Origin: Acidobacteriota bacterium | GTDB lineage: Bacteria; Acidobacteriota; Thermoanaerobaculia; Multivoradales; JAGPDF01 | Assembly: GCA_017860005.1 (NCBI GenBank) | Contig: JAFNAE010000003.1 | Location: forward strand, 1-50,916 | DNA length: 50,916 nucleotides | Direction of reading: 5' to 3' | Shown: piece after piece, positions 30,031 to 40,543 of the stretch | Numbering within the stretch: position 1 is the stretch's first letter | Layout of the letters: each line of letters begins with the position of its first letter | The notes under the pieces: generated by a model | What the model saw: the letters and a program-made list of their open reading frames with translations, nothing else | What the model was told of the DNA's origin: nothing | Database searches by the model: none | Translations under genes and position numbers: made by a program

Positions 30031-32049
30031 ATGGCGCGGGAGCTCTCGATGCCGGTGCGGCGCGCGGTCGTCCTCGCGGTCCTCGCCCGCCTCCTGGCCG
30101 TGGGGGCGGGCTCGGCCCAGGGCTCCGCCCAGCTGGTCTCGGTCGCGACCTGGGGCAACTTCCACGCCGGCGGGGTGGTGGCGACCATCGCCGGCGACGC
30201 CGATGGCGACGCCAGCGCCGCGCTCGCCTGGCGCCGCGCCGGCCAGCCCGCCTTCCGCGCCGCGCAGCCCCTGGTGCGCGTGGACTCGACACGCTTCGTC
30301 GGCAGCCTGTTCGGGCTCACCCCGGGCGGCTCGTGGGAGGCGCGCGTGACGCTGTCCGACCCGGACGGCGTGACCGGCGAGCCGGAGCAGACGGCCTCGC
30401 TCGCCACGCGCGCGGCGCGCCTCGCCGAGCCGACGCTGCGCACCCTCTACGTCGCGCCCTGGGGCGACGACGGCAACGCGGGGACCGACCCCGACTTTCC
30501 GCTCGCGACGGTCCAGGCCGCCTCGGACCGCGCCCAGGCCGGCGACCTGGTCTCGATCGCCCCCGGCGTCTATCGCGAGGGGGTCGCGGTGACCGCCTCC
30601 GGCACCGCGGCCCAGCCGATCGTCTTCCGGGGCGCCGGACCGGCGGCCGTGCTCGACGGCGCCGACGCCGCGATCGCCGCGGGCGTGCCGTGGACCGACG
30701 CCGGAGGCGGCGTCTGGTCGCGCGTCACGGGCTTCCCGACCGGCCACGTGGTGACCGAGCAGGGCAGGCTCTTCCGCTACGACTCGCTCGCCGACCTCGC
30801 CGCCCTCGCGGCCGGGCCCCCCGGCGGGTTCTGGTTCGACGGCGCGACGCTGCGCGTGAAGTTCTCGGACGGCTCGGCGCCGGCGGCGCACTCGATGCAG
30901 GTCGCGCGCCTCGACAACGGCTTCGTGCTCGACGGGGTGGCCCACGTGCGCGTCGAGAACCTCGAGATCCGCCACTTCGGCAGCGGCGACTACGGCAAGG
31001 GGGTCTACCTTCGCTGGTCCGACGACTGCGCGGTGCGCTCCTGCCGCATCCACGAGGTCGGGGCCGCCGGCGTGTGGATCAAGGGCGGCGCCCGCAACCT
31101 GGTCGAGGACAACGAGCTCTGGGACACCTCGATCCCCGGCTGGGACTGGAACTGGACCAAGGGCTCGAGCGCCGAGAACAACGGCGTGGCGATGACCGAC
31201 GATCTCGGGCGCGGCAACGTCGTGCGCAGGAACGTGCTGCACGGCACGTTCAACGGCATCGGCGGCTGCGGCAGCGCGGCGCCGCCCGACGGCTTCACGT
31301 CGGAGACCGACCTCTACGACAATGTCCTCTACCAGCACAACGACGACGCCTTCGAGCCCGAGGGCTGGTGCGCCAACGTGCGCATGTGGGGCAACCGGAT
31401 CGAGGACGTCCACATGGCTTTCGCGGTCGCGCCCGCGGCGCCCGGCCCGACCTGGATCGTGCGCAACGTGGCGTGGGACTTCGGCAACACGCGCACCAGC
31501 CAGCAGGACGGCTACCTGGCGAGCGCGCTCAAGATCAACAGCGGCTATCCGACGCCGGTCGGTCCCCTGCTGCTCTACCACAACACGTTCTGGAGCACCG
31601 CCGCCGGCACCGCGGCGCTGGCGCTGCTCGATCCCGGCGAGAGCACCTGGGTGCGCGCCCGCAACAACCTGTTCGCCGGCACCGGGGAGGCGATCTACAA
31701 GGTCAACCCGGTGCTCCTCGACTTCGACCACGACGACCTCTGGCGCTCGACTGCCGGCCGGCTCGCCTGGTGGGAGGGCGCCTCCTTCGCCGACCTCGCG
31801 GCGCTGCGCGCCGGCACCGGCCAGGAGGCCGCCGGCATCCAGGCGCCGCCGGCGCTGGTCGCGCCGGAGGCGGGCGACTTCACGCCCACGGCGGCGAGCC
31901 CGCTGGTCGACGCCGGGATGCCGTTGCCGGGGCTCAACGACTCGCCGATCGGCGATCCGCCCGACCTGGGAGCGGTCGAGCGCTCGCTGCTGTTCGCCGA
32001 CGGCTTCGAGGAGGGCGCCACCGCGAGGTGGTCGCAGGCCGAGGTCTGA
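30031..32049 (+). CDS. Secreted right-handed parallel beta-helix protein with C-terminal FADGFE tail
   Basis: Signal peptide; YVAPWGDDGNAGT..P.ATVQ.A..GD.V.IAPGVYRE; Asn-ladder repeats; SPLVDAG..PDLGAVE; ends LLFADGFEEGATARWS. Confidence 0.85.
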   Translation: MARELSMPVRRAVVLAVLARLLAVGAGSAQGSAQLVSVATWGNFHAGGVVATIAGDADGDASAALAWRRAGQPAFRAAQPLVRVDSTRFVGSLFGLTPGGSWEARVTLSDPDGVTGEPEQTASLATRAARLAEPTLRTLYVAPWGDDGNAGTDPDFPLATVQAASDRAQAGDLVSIAPGVYREGVAVTASGTAAQPIVFRGAGPAAVLDGADAAIAAGVPWTDAGGGVWSRVTGFPTGHVVTEQGRLFRYDSLADLAALAAGPPGGFWFDGATLRVKFSDGSAPAAHSMQVARLDNGFVLDGVAHVRVENLEIRHFGSGDYGKGVYLRWSDDCAVRSCRIHEVGAAGVWIKGGARNLVEDNELWDTSIPGWDWNWTKGSSAENNGVAMTDDLGRGNVVRRNVLHGTFNGIGGCGSAAPPDGFTSETDLYDNVLYQHNDDAFEPEGWCANVRMWGNRIEDVHMAFAVAPAAPGPTWIVRNVAWDFGNTRTSQQDGYLASALKINSGYPTPVGPLLLYHNTFWSTAAGTAALALLDPGESTWVRARNNLFAGTGEAIYKVNPVLLDFDHDDLWRSTAGRLAWWEGASFADLAALRAGTGQEAAGIQAPPALVAPEAGDFTPTAASPLVDAGMPLPGLNDSPIGDPPDLGAVERSLLFADGFEEGATARWSQAEV

Positions 32050-32071
32050 GCGCACGCACCACGCGCCCGGC

Positions 32072-32830
32072 TCAGCGCTCCGGCCGGTACCAGTAGCGCT
32101 CCGCGAACTCGGTGGCGGCGCTGCGGCGGAAGAGCATGCGCCAGGCCAGCCCGGGCATGGTGCGGAAGTAGTGCCAGTCGCCGTGGCGATCGAACTTGCG
32201 GGTCGAAGCCACCGCGCGCACGCCGCGGAGCCGGAGCAGGCGGCGCCCGTCCCGGCGCCCGAGGCGGGCAAGCTGCGCGAGGAAGGCCACGTCCTCGCCG
32301 TAGAGCCGGCTCTCGTCGTAGCCCCCGATCGCCAGGAAGTCGCGGCGCCGGCAGAAGACGACGCCGGTGTCGAATCCGGTCGCCCAGACCATGGGCAGGA
32401 AGAGCGCGTAGGTGAGGGCGAGCCCGAGCGACCAGCGCTCGAGCGTGACGCCGCTCGCCCCGCCCACGATCCGCGGGCGAGCGAGGGCGGTCTCGATGGC
32501 GTCGAACGTGCGCGGGTGGATGCGGCCGTCGGCGTCGGTGAAGGCGAGGATCTCGCCGCGCGCCACCGCGGCGCCGCCGTTGCGGGCCGCGGCGATGGCG
32601 CGCTTCGCGACGCCCACGACCCGGCAGCCGCGCCGCCCGGCGATCGCGGCGGTGGCGTCGGTCGAGGCGTTGTCGGCGACCACCACCTCGACCGCGCCGG
32701 GACCGGATGCGAAGAGCGAGCGCGCCCGGTCCACGCTGTCGAGCAGGCGCTCGAGGTAGCTCGCCTCGTTGAAGGCGGGGACGATCAGGCTGATGCGCGG
32801 CGCGGCCGCGACGGACGGCGTCTGGAGCAC
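32072..32830 (-). CDS. Family 2 glycosyltransferase
   Basis: ISLIVPAFNE, DNASTDAT, ARNGGA, FTDAD, GGYDE..GED, STRKF. Confidence 0.9.
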   Translation of the reverse strand: MLQTPSVAAAPRISLIVPAFNEASYLERLLDSVDRARSLFASGPGAVEVVVADNASTDATAAIAGRRGCRVVGVAKRAIAAARNGGAAVARGEILAFTDADGRIHPRTFDAIETALARPRIVGGASGVTLERWSLGLALTYALFLPMVWATGFDTGVVFCRRRDFLAIGGYDESRLYGEDVAFLAQLARLGRRDGRRLLRLRGVRAVASTRKFDRHGDWHYFRTMPGLAWRMLFRRSAATEFAERYWYRPER

Positions 32831-32881
32831 GGCGCGAGTGTAGCTCCGGTCCGGCCCCGGCGTCCGGCTAGAATGTCCGCC
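32831..32881. promoter_or_regulatory. Back-to-back putative leaderless promoters
   Basis: Minus: TACACT (32837-32842) 6 nt before GTG 32830; plus: TAGAAT (32869-32874) 7 nt before ATG 32882. Confidence 0.62.
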
Positions 32882-34912
<2,031 letters not shown>

Positions 34913-34926
34913 CGCCGGACGCCGGC

Positions 34927-36768
34927 TTGTCCGTCCGCCCGGCCGCTGCCCTCGTCGTCGCCGCCCTGTTGGCGGGAGCCGCCGTCGCCACCGGCGCGGT
35001 CCTGGGCACGCTCGGGCTCTCCCGGCTGCCGCTCTGGGACGAGGCCGGGAACCTGTGGGGCGCAGCGGAAGTGTGGGCCGCCGTGGCCGACGGACGCCTG
35101 CTGGACGCGGCCGCGCGTCTGAACGCGCAGGACCGTTGGCCGTTCGGCTTCTCGCTCGCGCTCCTGGTGCCGATGCTGCTCGGCGGCGGCGCGCGCGAAG
35201 CCGCCGTGGTGGTGAGCGCGGCGGCGTTCGCCGCCACCGCGCCGCTGCTGGTCTGGGCGGGAGCGGAGGTGGACCGCGGCGTGCGCGGGCTCCTCACGGG
35301 CGCCGTGGCGGGCGCGCTCTGGCTCGCCGCTCCGCTGCCGCGCGCGCTGGCGACCGTCGTCCTGCGCGAAACGACCGGCGCGGCGCTCTCGATCGCGCTG
35401 CTCGCGGCCTGGCTCGCGGCGCGGCGGCGGGGCGACCTCGGAGCCTGGCGGCGCGCGAGCCTGCTGCTGCTCGCACTCTTCTTCGTCAAGTCGAACTACG
35501 CGCTGCTGGCGGGCGTGGCGCTCGCCCTCCACGCCGCCCTCGATGCCGGCGGCGAGCGGCGGCGCGCCCTGCTCGCGCGGCTGCGCGGCGCGGTCCTCGA
35601 CTCCGGCTGGCGCGCACCCGCGCGCTGGCTGGCGCTGGTCGTGGCGGCGGCCGGCGTCTCGCTCGCGGCCGGGCGCAATCCGGGCGGGCTGCTCTACGGC
35701 GCCCTGATCGTCGCCACCGTCGCCCTCGTGCGCGCGCACGGGCGCGCGCTGCTCAGCCCCGGGATTCTGCTGGCGCGATGGGCGCCGCCGGCGCGCGCGC
35801 TGGTCGAGTGCTTCGCGATCCCGGTCTGGCTCTGGTGCCTCTCTCCGGATCCCGTCCATCCGCGCAACCTGATCGCCTTCCTGGTCAACCGGGAGAGCAC
35901 CTTCGCGGGCGACCGCCTGGAGGCGGCGCTCTTCTACCCCCGCGTGCTGGCCGGGCAGTTCGCGCCGGCCACCGGCCTCGGGTGGACGCTGGTCGCGCTC
36001 GCCGCGCTCGGCGCCGCGCTCGGCCTCCGGCGTCCGGGTCCGTCGCGCGGGCTGGCGAGCGCCGCGCTCGTCGGCGTCGCCCTGGTGGCGCTCCACCCGC
36101 TCAAGGAGCCGAGGTTCGTGGCCACGGTGGCCCCGGCCGTGCTCCTGCTCGCGGCGCGCACCGCCGGCCTGCCGCTCGCCGCCGCGGCCGGGCGGGCGGG
36201 ACCCGGCGCGCGCGGCGCCGGGGCGGCGGGCCTGCTCCTGGCGCTCGCCGTCGCGCCGCTGGCCCTTCCCGGCGCGACCGCCGGGCGCCGACTCGAGGCC
36301 GATCATCGGCTGCTCACCGGCGACGCGGTCTTCCGCGCGCCGCTCGACGACCTGGTGGCGCGCGTCACGGCTCCGGCGTCCGAGGAGGGCGCACGCGTCG
36401 CGCTGCTGGGGGTCTCCAATCAGCTCTCCGACGGACTCGTGCGCTGGCAGGCGTGGCGCGCGAGCGGGCGCGAGGCGCCGCTGCTGCGGCCGCTGCGCGG
36501 GCTCGACGCGCGCGACCCTCCGGGGGAGGTGCGCGCTCGCCTGGCACGCTGGCTGACGAAGGGCCGCCCGGCGCGCATCGTCACCGTGCGGCCGCTGGCG
36601 CGCGGCGCCCTGGCGGCGAGCGAGGACTATCGGCGCTGGAACGCGTGGCAGGGCGAAGCGCTCGCCGCGCTCGCCGCGGACGCGGCCTGGCTCCCGCGCC
36701 AGCGTCGACGCTACCCGCGCGCGGGAGTCGAGATCACCACCTGGGTCCGGGCGCCGGGTCGCGGATGA
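34927..36768 (+). CDS. Polytopic membrane protein, probable GT-C (ArnT/PMT-like) glycosyltransferase
   Basis: LPLWDEA motif after the first TM, many TMs, LKEPRF; start approximate. Confidence 0.62.
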   Translation: MSVRPAAALVVAALLAGAAVATGAVLGTLGLSRLPLWDEAGNLWGAAEVWAAVADGRLLDAAARLNAQDRWPFGFSLALLVPMLLGGGAREAAVVVSAAAFAATAPLLVWAGAEVDRGVRGLLTGAVAGALWLAAPLPRALATVVLRETTGAALSIALLAAWLAARRRGDLGAWRRASLLLLALFFVKSNYALLAGVALALHAALDAGGERRRALLARLRGAVLDSGWRAPARWLALVVAAAGVSLAAGRNPGGLLYGALIVATVALVRAHGRALLSPGILLARWAPPARALVECFAIPVWLWCLSPDPVHPRNLIAFLVNRESTFAGDRLEAALFYPRVLAGQFAPATGLGWTLVALAALGAALGLRRPGPSRGLASAALVGVALVALHPLKEPRFVATVAPAVLLLAARTAGLPLAAAAGRAGPGARGAGAAGLLLALAVAPLALPGATAGRRLEADHRLLTGDAVFRAPLDDLVARVTAPASEEGARVALLGVSNQLSDGLVRWQAWRASGREAPLLRPLRGLDARDPPGEVRARLARWLTKGRPARIVTVRPLARGALAASEDYRRWNAWQGEALAALAADAAWLPRQRRRYPRAGVEITTWVRAPGRG

Positions 36769-36787
36769 GGCGAGCCCGGCGCGGCGC

Positions 36788-38062
36788 TCACCAGCGCCAG
36801 CTCGCCGAGACCGACCAGACCTGGGAGTGACCCGAGTAGCTGCCCTCGACCGCGGGATCCGCCTCCTGCGCGAGCGCCGGCTGGTCGGAGAGGTCGTGGT
36901 AGGACCAGCCGAGGTCGAAGCGCAGCCAGCCGACCGACCAGCCGGCGCCGGCCGCGTAGACCCAGGCGTCGCCGCGCGGGGCGCCGGGATCGATGGCGCT
37001 GGCGGTCACCGGCGAGGGCTCGTAGGCCACGCCGGCGCCGAGCGACCAGGCGGGAGAGAGGACGATTTCCGCGCCGGCCCGCACCGAGACGGTGTCGTCC
37101 CGGCCCGCCCGGCGCCCGATCTCGAAGCCCGGTCCGAGCTTCCCGGGCTCGTCGGTCGCGACCGGTGCGTCGGCCGCGCTCCAGCGCGCGAGCTCGGCGT
37201 CGAGCTCGAGCTTCAGCCGCTCGCCGGCGGCCCACCAGACGCCCGCGGCGAGGCGCGCCGGGAGCTCCTCGGAGAGCCGGCTCGAGCCGGGGGCGAGGCG
37301 CGCCGACTCGGCCGCCAGCACGTCGGCGGGCAGCGCCCCGGGATCGCGGATCAGGTAGTTCAGGTCGCCGCTGCCCTCGATCTCGACCGCGCTCTTCCAG
37401 ACCGCGCCGAAGCCCCAGCGCGACGACTCGTAGTGGGCGCCGAGATCCCAGCCCAGGCCGTCGGCGGTCGCCTCGGCGAGCCGGTCCACCTCGTATTCCA
37501 GAGGATCGGCCGCGCCCGGCGCGGTCGCGACACGGGCGTCTCCGAAGCCCAGGCTGCCGCGCACCCAGCGCAGGCCGCCGCCCACGCTCCAGCCCTCGGT
37601 CAGGCGCCAGGCCGCCACCGGATGGAGCTCCAGCAGGCGCTGATCTCCCCGGCGCGCGACGTAGCGGCCGGGAAAGTCGAAGGTCTGCCAGTCGACCAGC
37701 TGCCAGAGCGGGCTGTCGAGGCCCAGCCCGAGCGCGAGGCGGGCCTCGGGGCGGCGCCAGGTCAGGTAGAGGGCGGGCGGGAACTGGATCTGGTGCTCGG
37801 CCTTGGCCGCGCCGGTGGCGCTCGACCAGCGATCGGTCGGCGCCTCGAAGTCGAGGCCGGCGAGCAGACCGACGCCGGAGGAGCGGGCGATCGCGGCCGG
37901 GTTGTAGCCGACCGCGGCGGGGTCGTCGGCGCGCGCCACGAAGGCGCCGGCCTGGCCGGTGGCGCGGCCGCCGTGCTGGAAGCGGCCGAAGGAGGCCGCG
38001 TTCGCGCCGGCGGCGGGCAACAGGCCGAGGACGGCGAGGGCGAGGGCGGCGCGGGGCGACAT
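36788..38062 (-). CDS. FadL/OmpP1-family outer-membrane transporter
   Basis: Signal peptide; GGRATGQAGAFVARADDPAAVGYNPAAI hatch motif; amphipathic strands; terminal aromatic residue (SASWRW). Confidence 0.88.
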   Translation of the reverse strand: MSPRAALALAVLGLLPAAGANAASFGRFQHGGRATGQAGAFVARADDPAAVGYNPAAIARSSGVGLLAGLDFEAPTDRWSSATGAAKAEHQIQFPPALYLTWRRPEARLALGLGLDSPLWQLVDWQTFDFPGRYVARRGDQRLLELHPVAAWRLTEGWSVGGGLRWVRGSLGFGDARVATAPGAADPLEYEVDRLAEATADGLGWDLGAHYESSRWGFGAVWKSAVEIEGSGDLNYLIRDPGALPADVLAAESARLAPGSSRLSEELPARLAAGVWWAAGERLKLELDAELARWSAADAPVATDEPGKLGPGFEIGRRAGRDDTVSVRAGAEIVLSPAWSLGAGVAYEPSPVTASAIDPGAPRGDAWVYAAGAGWSVGWLRFDLGWSYHDLSDQPALAQEADPAVEGSYSGHSQVWSVSASWRW

Positions 38063-38190
38063 GGTCGGGACCTCCGGTCGGTGCACTGGGCGGGGAGTCT
38101 AGCCGCTGGCCGACGGCTCCGCGCGAGGGCGACGCCGCTTGAGGCGCGCCGCCCCGGTTGCTAGAGTCGGTTTCCGCTCCCCGGGGCACC

Positions 38191-38532
38191 ATGATCGTCG
38201 AGAAGCGCCGCATCGGAGACCACACGATCCTCGCCGTCGAAGGCGTGATCAAGCTCGGCGAGAGCGCCCAGTTCCTCGCCGAGACGCTCGAGCGCCTCCT
38301 CGAGGAGGCCGACGGGCACGTCCTGCTCGACCTCGAGCGGATCAACTACATCGACTCGACCGGCATCGGCGAGCTGGTCGGTTACCTGGGCCGCTTCGGG
38401 GAGCGCCAGCGGCGCCTGGTGCTCGTGCACCCCTCGGAGCGCATCCGCCGCCTGCTCCAGGTGGCTCAGCTCGACGACCTGTTTCCCACCTACGACGATC
38501 TGGAGGCGGCGACCGCTGCGGAGTGCCGCTGA
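38191..38532 (+). CDS. STAS-domain anti-sigma-factor antagonist
   Basis: LLDLERINYIDSTGIGELV with phospho-acceptor Ser. Confidence 0.9.
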   Translation: MIVEKRRIGDHTILAVEGVIKLGESAQFLAETLERLLEEADGHVLLDLERINYIDSTGIGELVGYLGRFGERQRRLVLVHPSERIRRLLQVAQLDDLFPTYDDLEAATAAECR

Positions 38533-38578
38533 GCCGGGGCACACCCCGCTCGCCTCGGTCCTGCGCGGGCCGGCCCTC

Positions 38579-39343
38579 GTGCTGGGGCTCGCGGTCGTGG
38601 CCGCGGGCTGCGCGGCGATCGAGCGGCGGCTGGACGGGCGCTCGGAGTTCCGGCGCGTCTCGGCCAACGTCGCCTTCGAGATGATGCGCGACTCGCCGGG
38701 CCTGCCCGTGGTCGACCTGCGCGAGCCCGAGGAGTTCGGCGGACCGACCGGCCACCTGCGCGGAGCGCGCAACGTGCCGCTCGCCGATCTCGAGCGCCTG
38801 CTGCGCGACGCCGCGCACTACCGCAAGCTGCGTCCGCTGCGCGAGTCCACCTTCCTCGCCTACTGCCGGGAGCTCGACAGCTGCGCGGAGGAGGGCATGC
38901 GCCGCTTCGTCGCCGCCGGCTACCGGAACGCGGTGATGATCGACGGCGGCATCGAGGCCTGGAGCCGCGAGGGCTACGGCGTGCTCGGCCCGGGCGCGCA
39001 GGCGGCCGGGGACTCGACGCGCAGCGAGATCGGCACCACCCACTGGCGCCGCGTCTCCGACGGGCAGCTCTTCGAGGGGGGACGCGAGCAGGCCACGGGC
39101 CTGTTCGTGGCGGGGCGCCTCAAGGGCGACCGCTTCGTGCCCGCGGGAGGCGTGGAGGGGATGGGCGAGTTCTGCATCGCGCTCGAGCGTCGCTCGCCGC
39201 GCCGGCCGCGCACGGGGTGGCTCGAGCTGCGCGACGGCCGTTACTTCGCCGATTCCAGCCCGCGCGACCCGGCGCGCCCGTACGTGCGCGGCTGCCTGGA
39301 CGTCGAGGGCCGCTTCCTGCCCGAGTCCCGCGAGGTCTACTAG
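38579..39343 (+). CDS. Rhodanese-domain putative lipoprotein with extra C-terminal domain
   Basis: VAAGC lipobox, VVDLREPEEF..GHLRGARNVP, AYCR, DGGIEAW; start uncertain. Confidence 0.78.
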   Translation: MLGLAVVAAGCAAIERRLDGRSEFRRVSANVAFEMMRDSPGLPVVDLREPEEFGGPTGHLRGARNVPLADLERLLRDAAHYRKLRPLRESTFLAYCRELDSCAEEGMRRFVAAGYRNAVMIDGGIEAWSREGYGVLGPGAQAAGDSTRSEIGTTHWRRVSDGQLFEGGREQATGLFVAGRLKGDRFVPAGGVEGMGEFCIALERRSPRRPRTGWLELRDGRYFADSSPRDPARPYVRGCLDVEGRFLPESREVY

Positions 39344-39454
39344 AGCCAGCGGAGCTTGCCAGGCCGGGCGGCGATCCGGGAGAATCGCGGCCTCGGCGGC
39401 GCCGGCCGCCGCCGGGATTCCCGTGAAATCGCCGTTCGAGGAGACCTCGTCGCC

Positions 39455-40465
39455 GTGGCTGCCGTGGCCCGAATCGCCCTGCTGACCGGAGGCTCGACGC
39501 CGGAGCGCGACGTCGCGCTCGCGGGCGCCGCCCAGGTGGCGCCCGCGCTGCGTTCGCTCGGGCACCGCGTGACGGTGATCGACACCGCGGAGGGCCCGCT
39601 CGACGCGGAGCGCGAGAGCGAGGTGCTCGGCCCCTCGATTCGCCGCGAGCCGCCGTCCCCGGAGCACCTGCGCGAGCTCGCCCGCCGCGAGGACCTGCCG
39701 CGCCTGATCGCCGAGCCGGCGCTCGCCGGCGCCGACCTGGTCTTCCTGGTCCTGCACGGCGACCAGGGCGAGGGCGGATCGCTGCAGGCCCTGCTCGGCC
39801 TCGCCGGCCTGCGCTACACCGGCAGCGACGCGCTGGGCAGCGGCCTCGCCATGGACAAGGAGGTCGGCAAGCGGCTGCTCGCCCAGGCCGGGCTGCCCCA
39901 GGCGCCCTGGGTGCGCTGGCCGGCCGAAGAGCCCGAGCTCGAGCCGCTCGGGCTGCCGTGCGTGGTCAAGCCGTCCCGCGCCGGCTCGTCGGTCGGGGTC
40001 TCGGTGGTGCACTCGGCCGCCGAGCTGCCGGCCGCGGTCGCCGCCGCGCTGGAAGTCGACCACGAGGTCCTGGTCGAGAGCTTCCTGCCCGGCCGCGAGT
40101 TCTCGGTCGGGGTCGTGGGGGAGCGAGCGCTCGCGGTCGGCGAGATCGTGCCGCGCCACGAGATCTTCGACTACGAGTGCAAGTACACCCCCGGCATGTG
40201 CCGGGAGATCTTCCCCGCCGAGATCGCGCCCGCGCTCGCCGGGCGCATGCAGGAGCTCGCGCTCGCCACCCATCGCACGCTCAAGCTGCGCGATTTCTCG
40301 CGCGTGGACTTCAAGCTCGCCGCCGACGGGACGCCGTGCGTGCTCGAGGCCAACACGCTGCCGGGCATGACGCGCGGCAGCCTGCTGCCCCAGTCGGCGG
40401 CGGCGGTGGGCCTCGGCTTCGTCGAGCTCTGTGCCGAGCTCTGCGCGCTCGCGCTCGCGCGCTGA
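39455..40465 (+). CDS. ddl: D-alanine--D-alanine ligase
   Basis: GGSTPERDVAL, LHG..GE, AMDK, KP.RAGSSVG, FDYECKY, RVDF, EANTLPGMT. Confidence 0.93.
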   Translation: MAAVARIALLTGGSTPERDVALAGAAQVAPALRSLGHRVTVIDTAEGPLDAERESEVLGPSIRREPPSPEHLRELARREDLPRLIAEPALAGADLVFLVLHGDQGEGGSLQALLGLAGLRYTGSDALGSGLAMDKEVGKRLLAQAGLPQAPWVRWPAEEPELEPLGLPCVVKPSRAGSSVGVSVVHSAAELPAAVAAALEVDHEVLVESFLPGREFSVGVVGERALAVGEIVPRHEIFDYECKYTPGMCREIFPAEIAPALAGRMQELALATHRTLKLRDFSRVDFKLAADGTPCVLEANTLPGMTRGSLLPQSAAAVGLGFVELCAELCALALAR

Positions 40466-40485
40466 GGGCGCCCCGCCCGCCCCAG

Positions 40486-40520
40486 AAAGAAGAAGGGCGG
40501 CCCGCGAGGGCCGCCCTTTC
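40486..40520. terminator. Rho-independent terminator between convergent genes
   Basis: Stem AAGGGCGGCCC-GCGA-GGGCCGCCCTT with a GNRA loop; U-rich tail on the minus strand (plus-strand AAAGAAGAA), short TTT on plus. Confidence 0.85.
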
Positions 40521-40543
40521 GACACGGGGAGAGCCGGTCCGGC

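Noticed and set aside
31322-32881. Long N-terminal extensions in the ORF track (aconitase, TPR, trmD, GT2, M1, thioredoxin, GT-C, 40544 gene)
   Set aside because: The extensions overlap other real genes; downstream starts have RBS, -10 box or stop-start coupling support.
39455-40465. Van-type D-Ala-D-Lac ligase
   Set aside because: The omega loop FDYECKY has the Tyr typical of D-Ala-D-Ala ligases, and no vanH/vanX genes are nearby.
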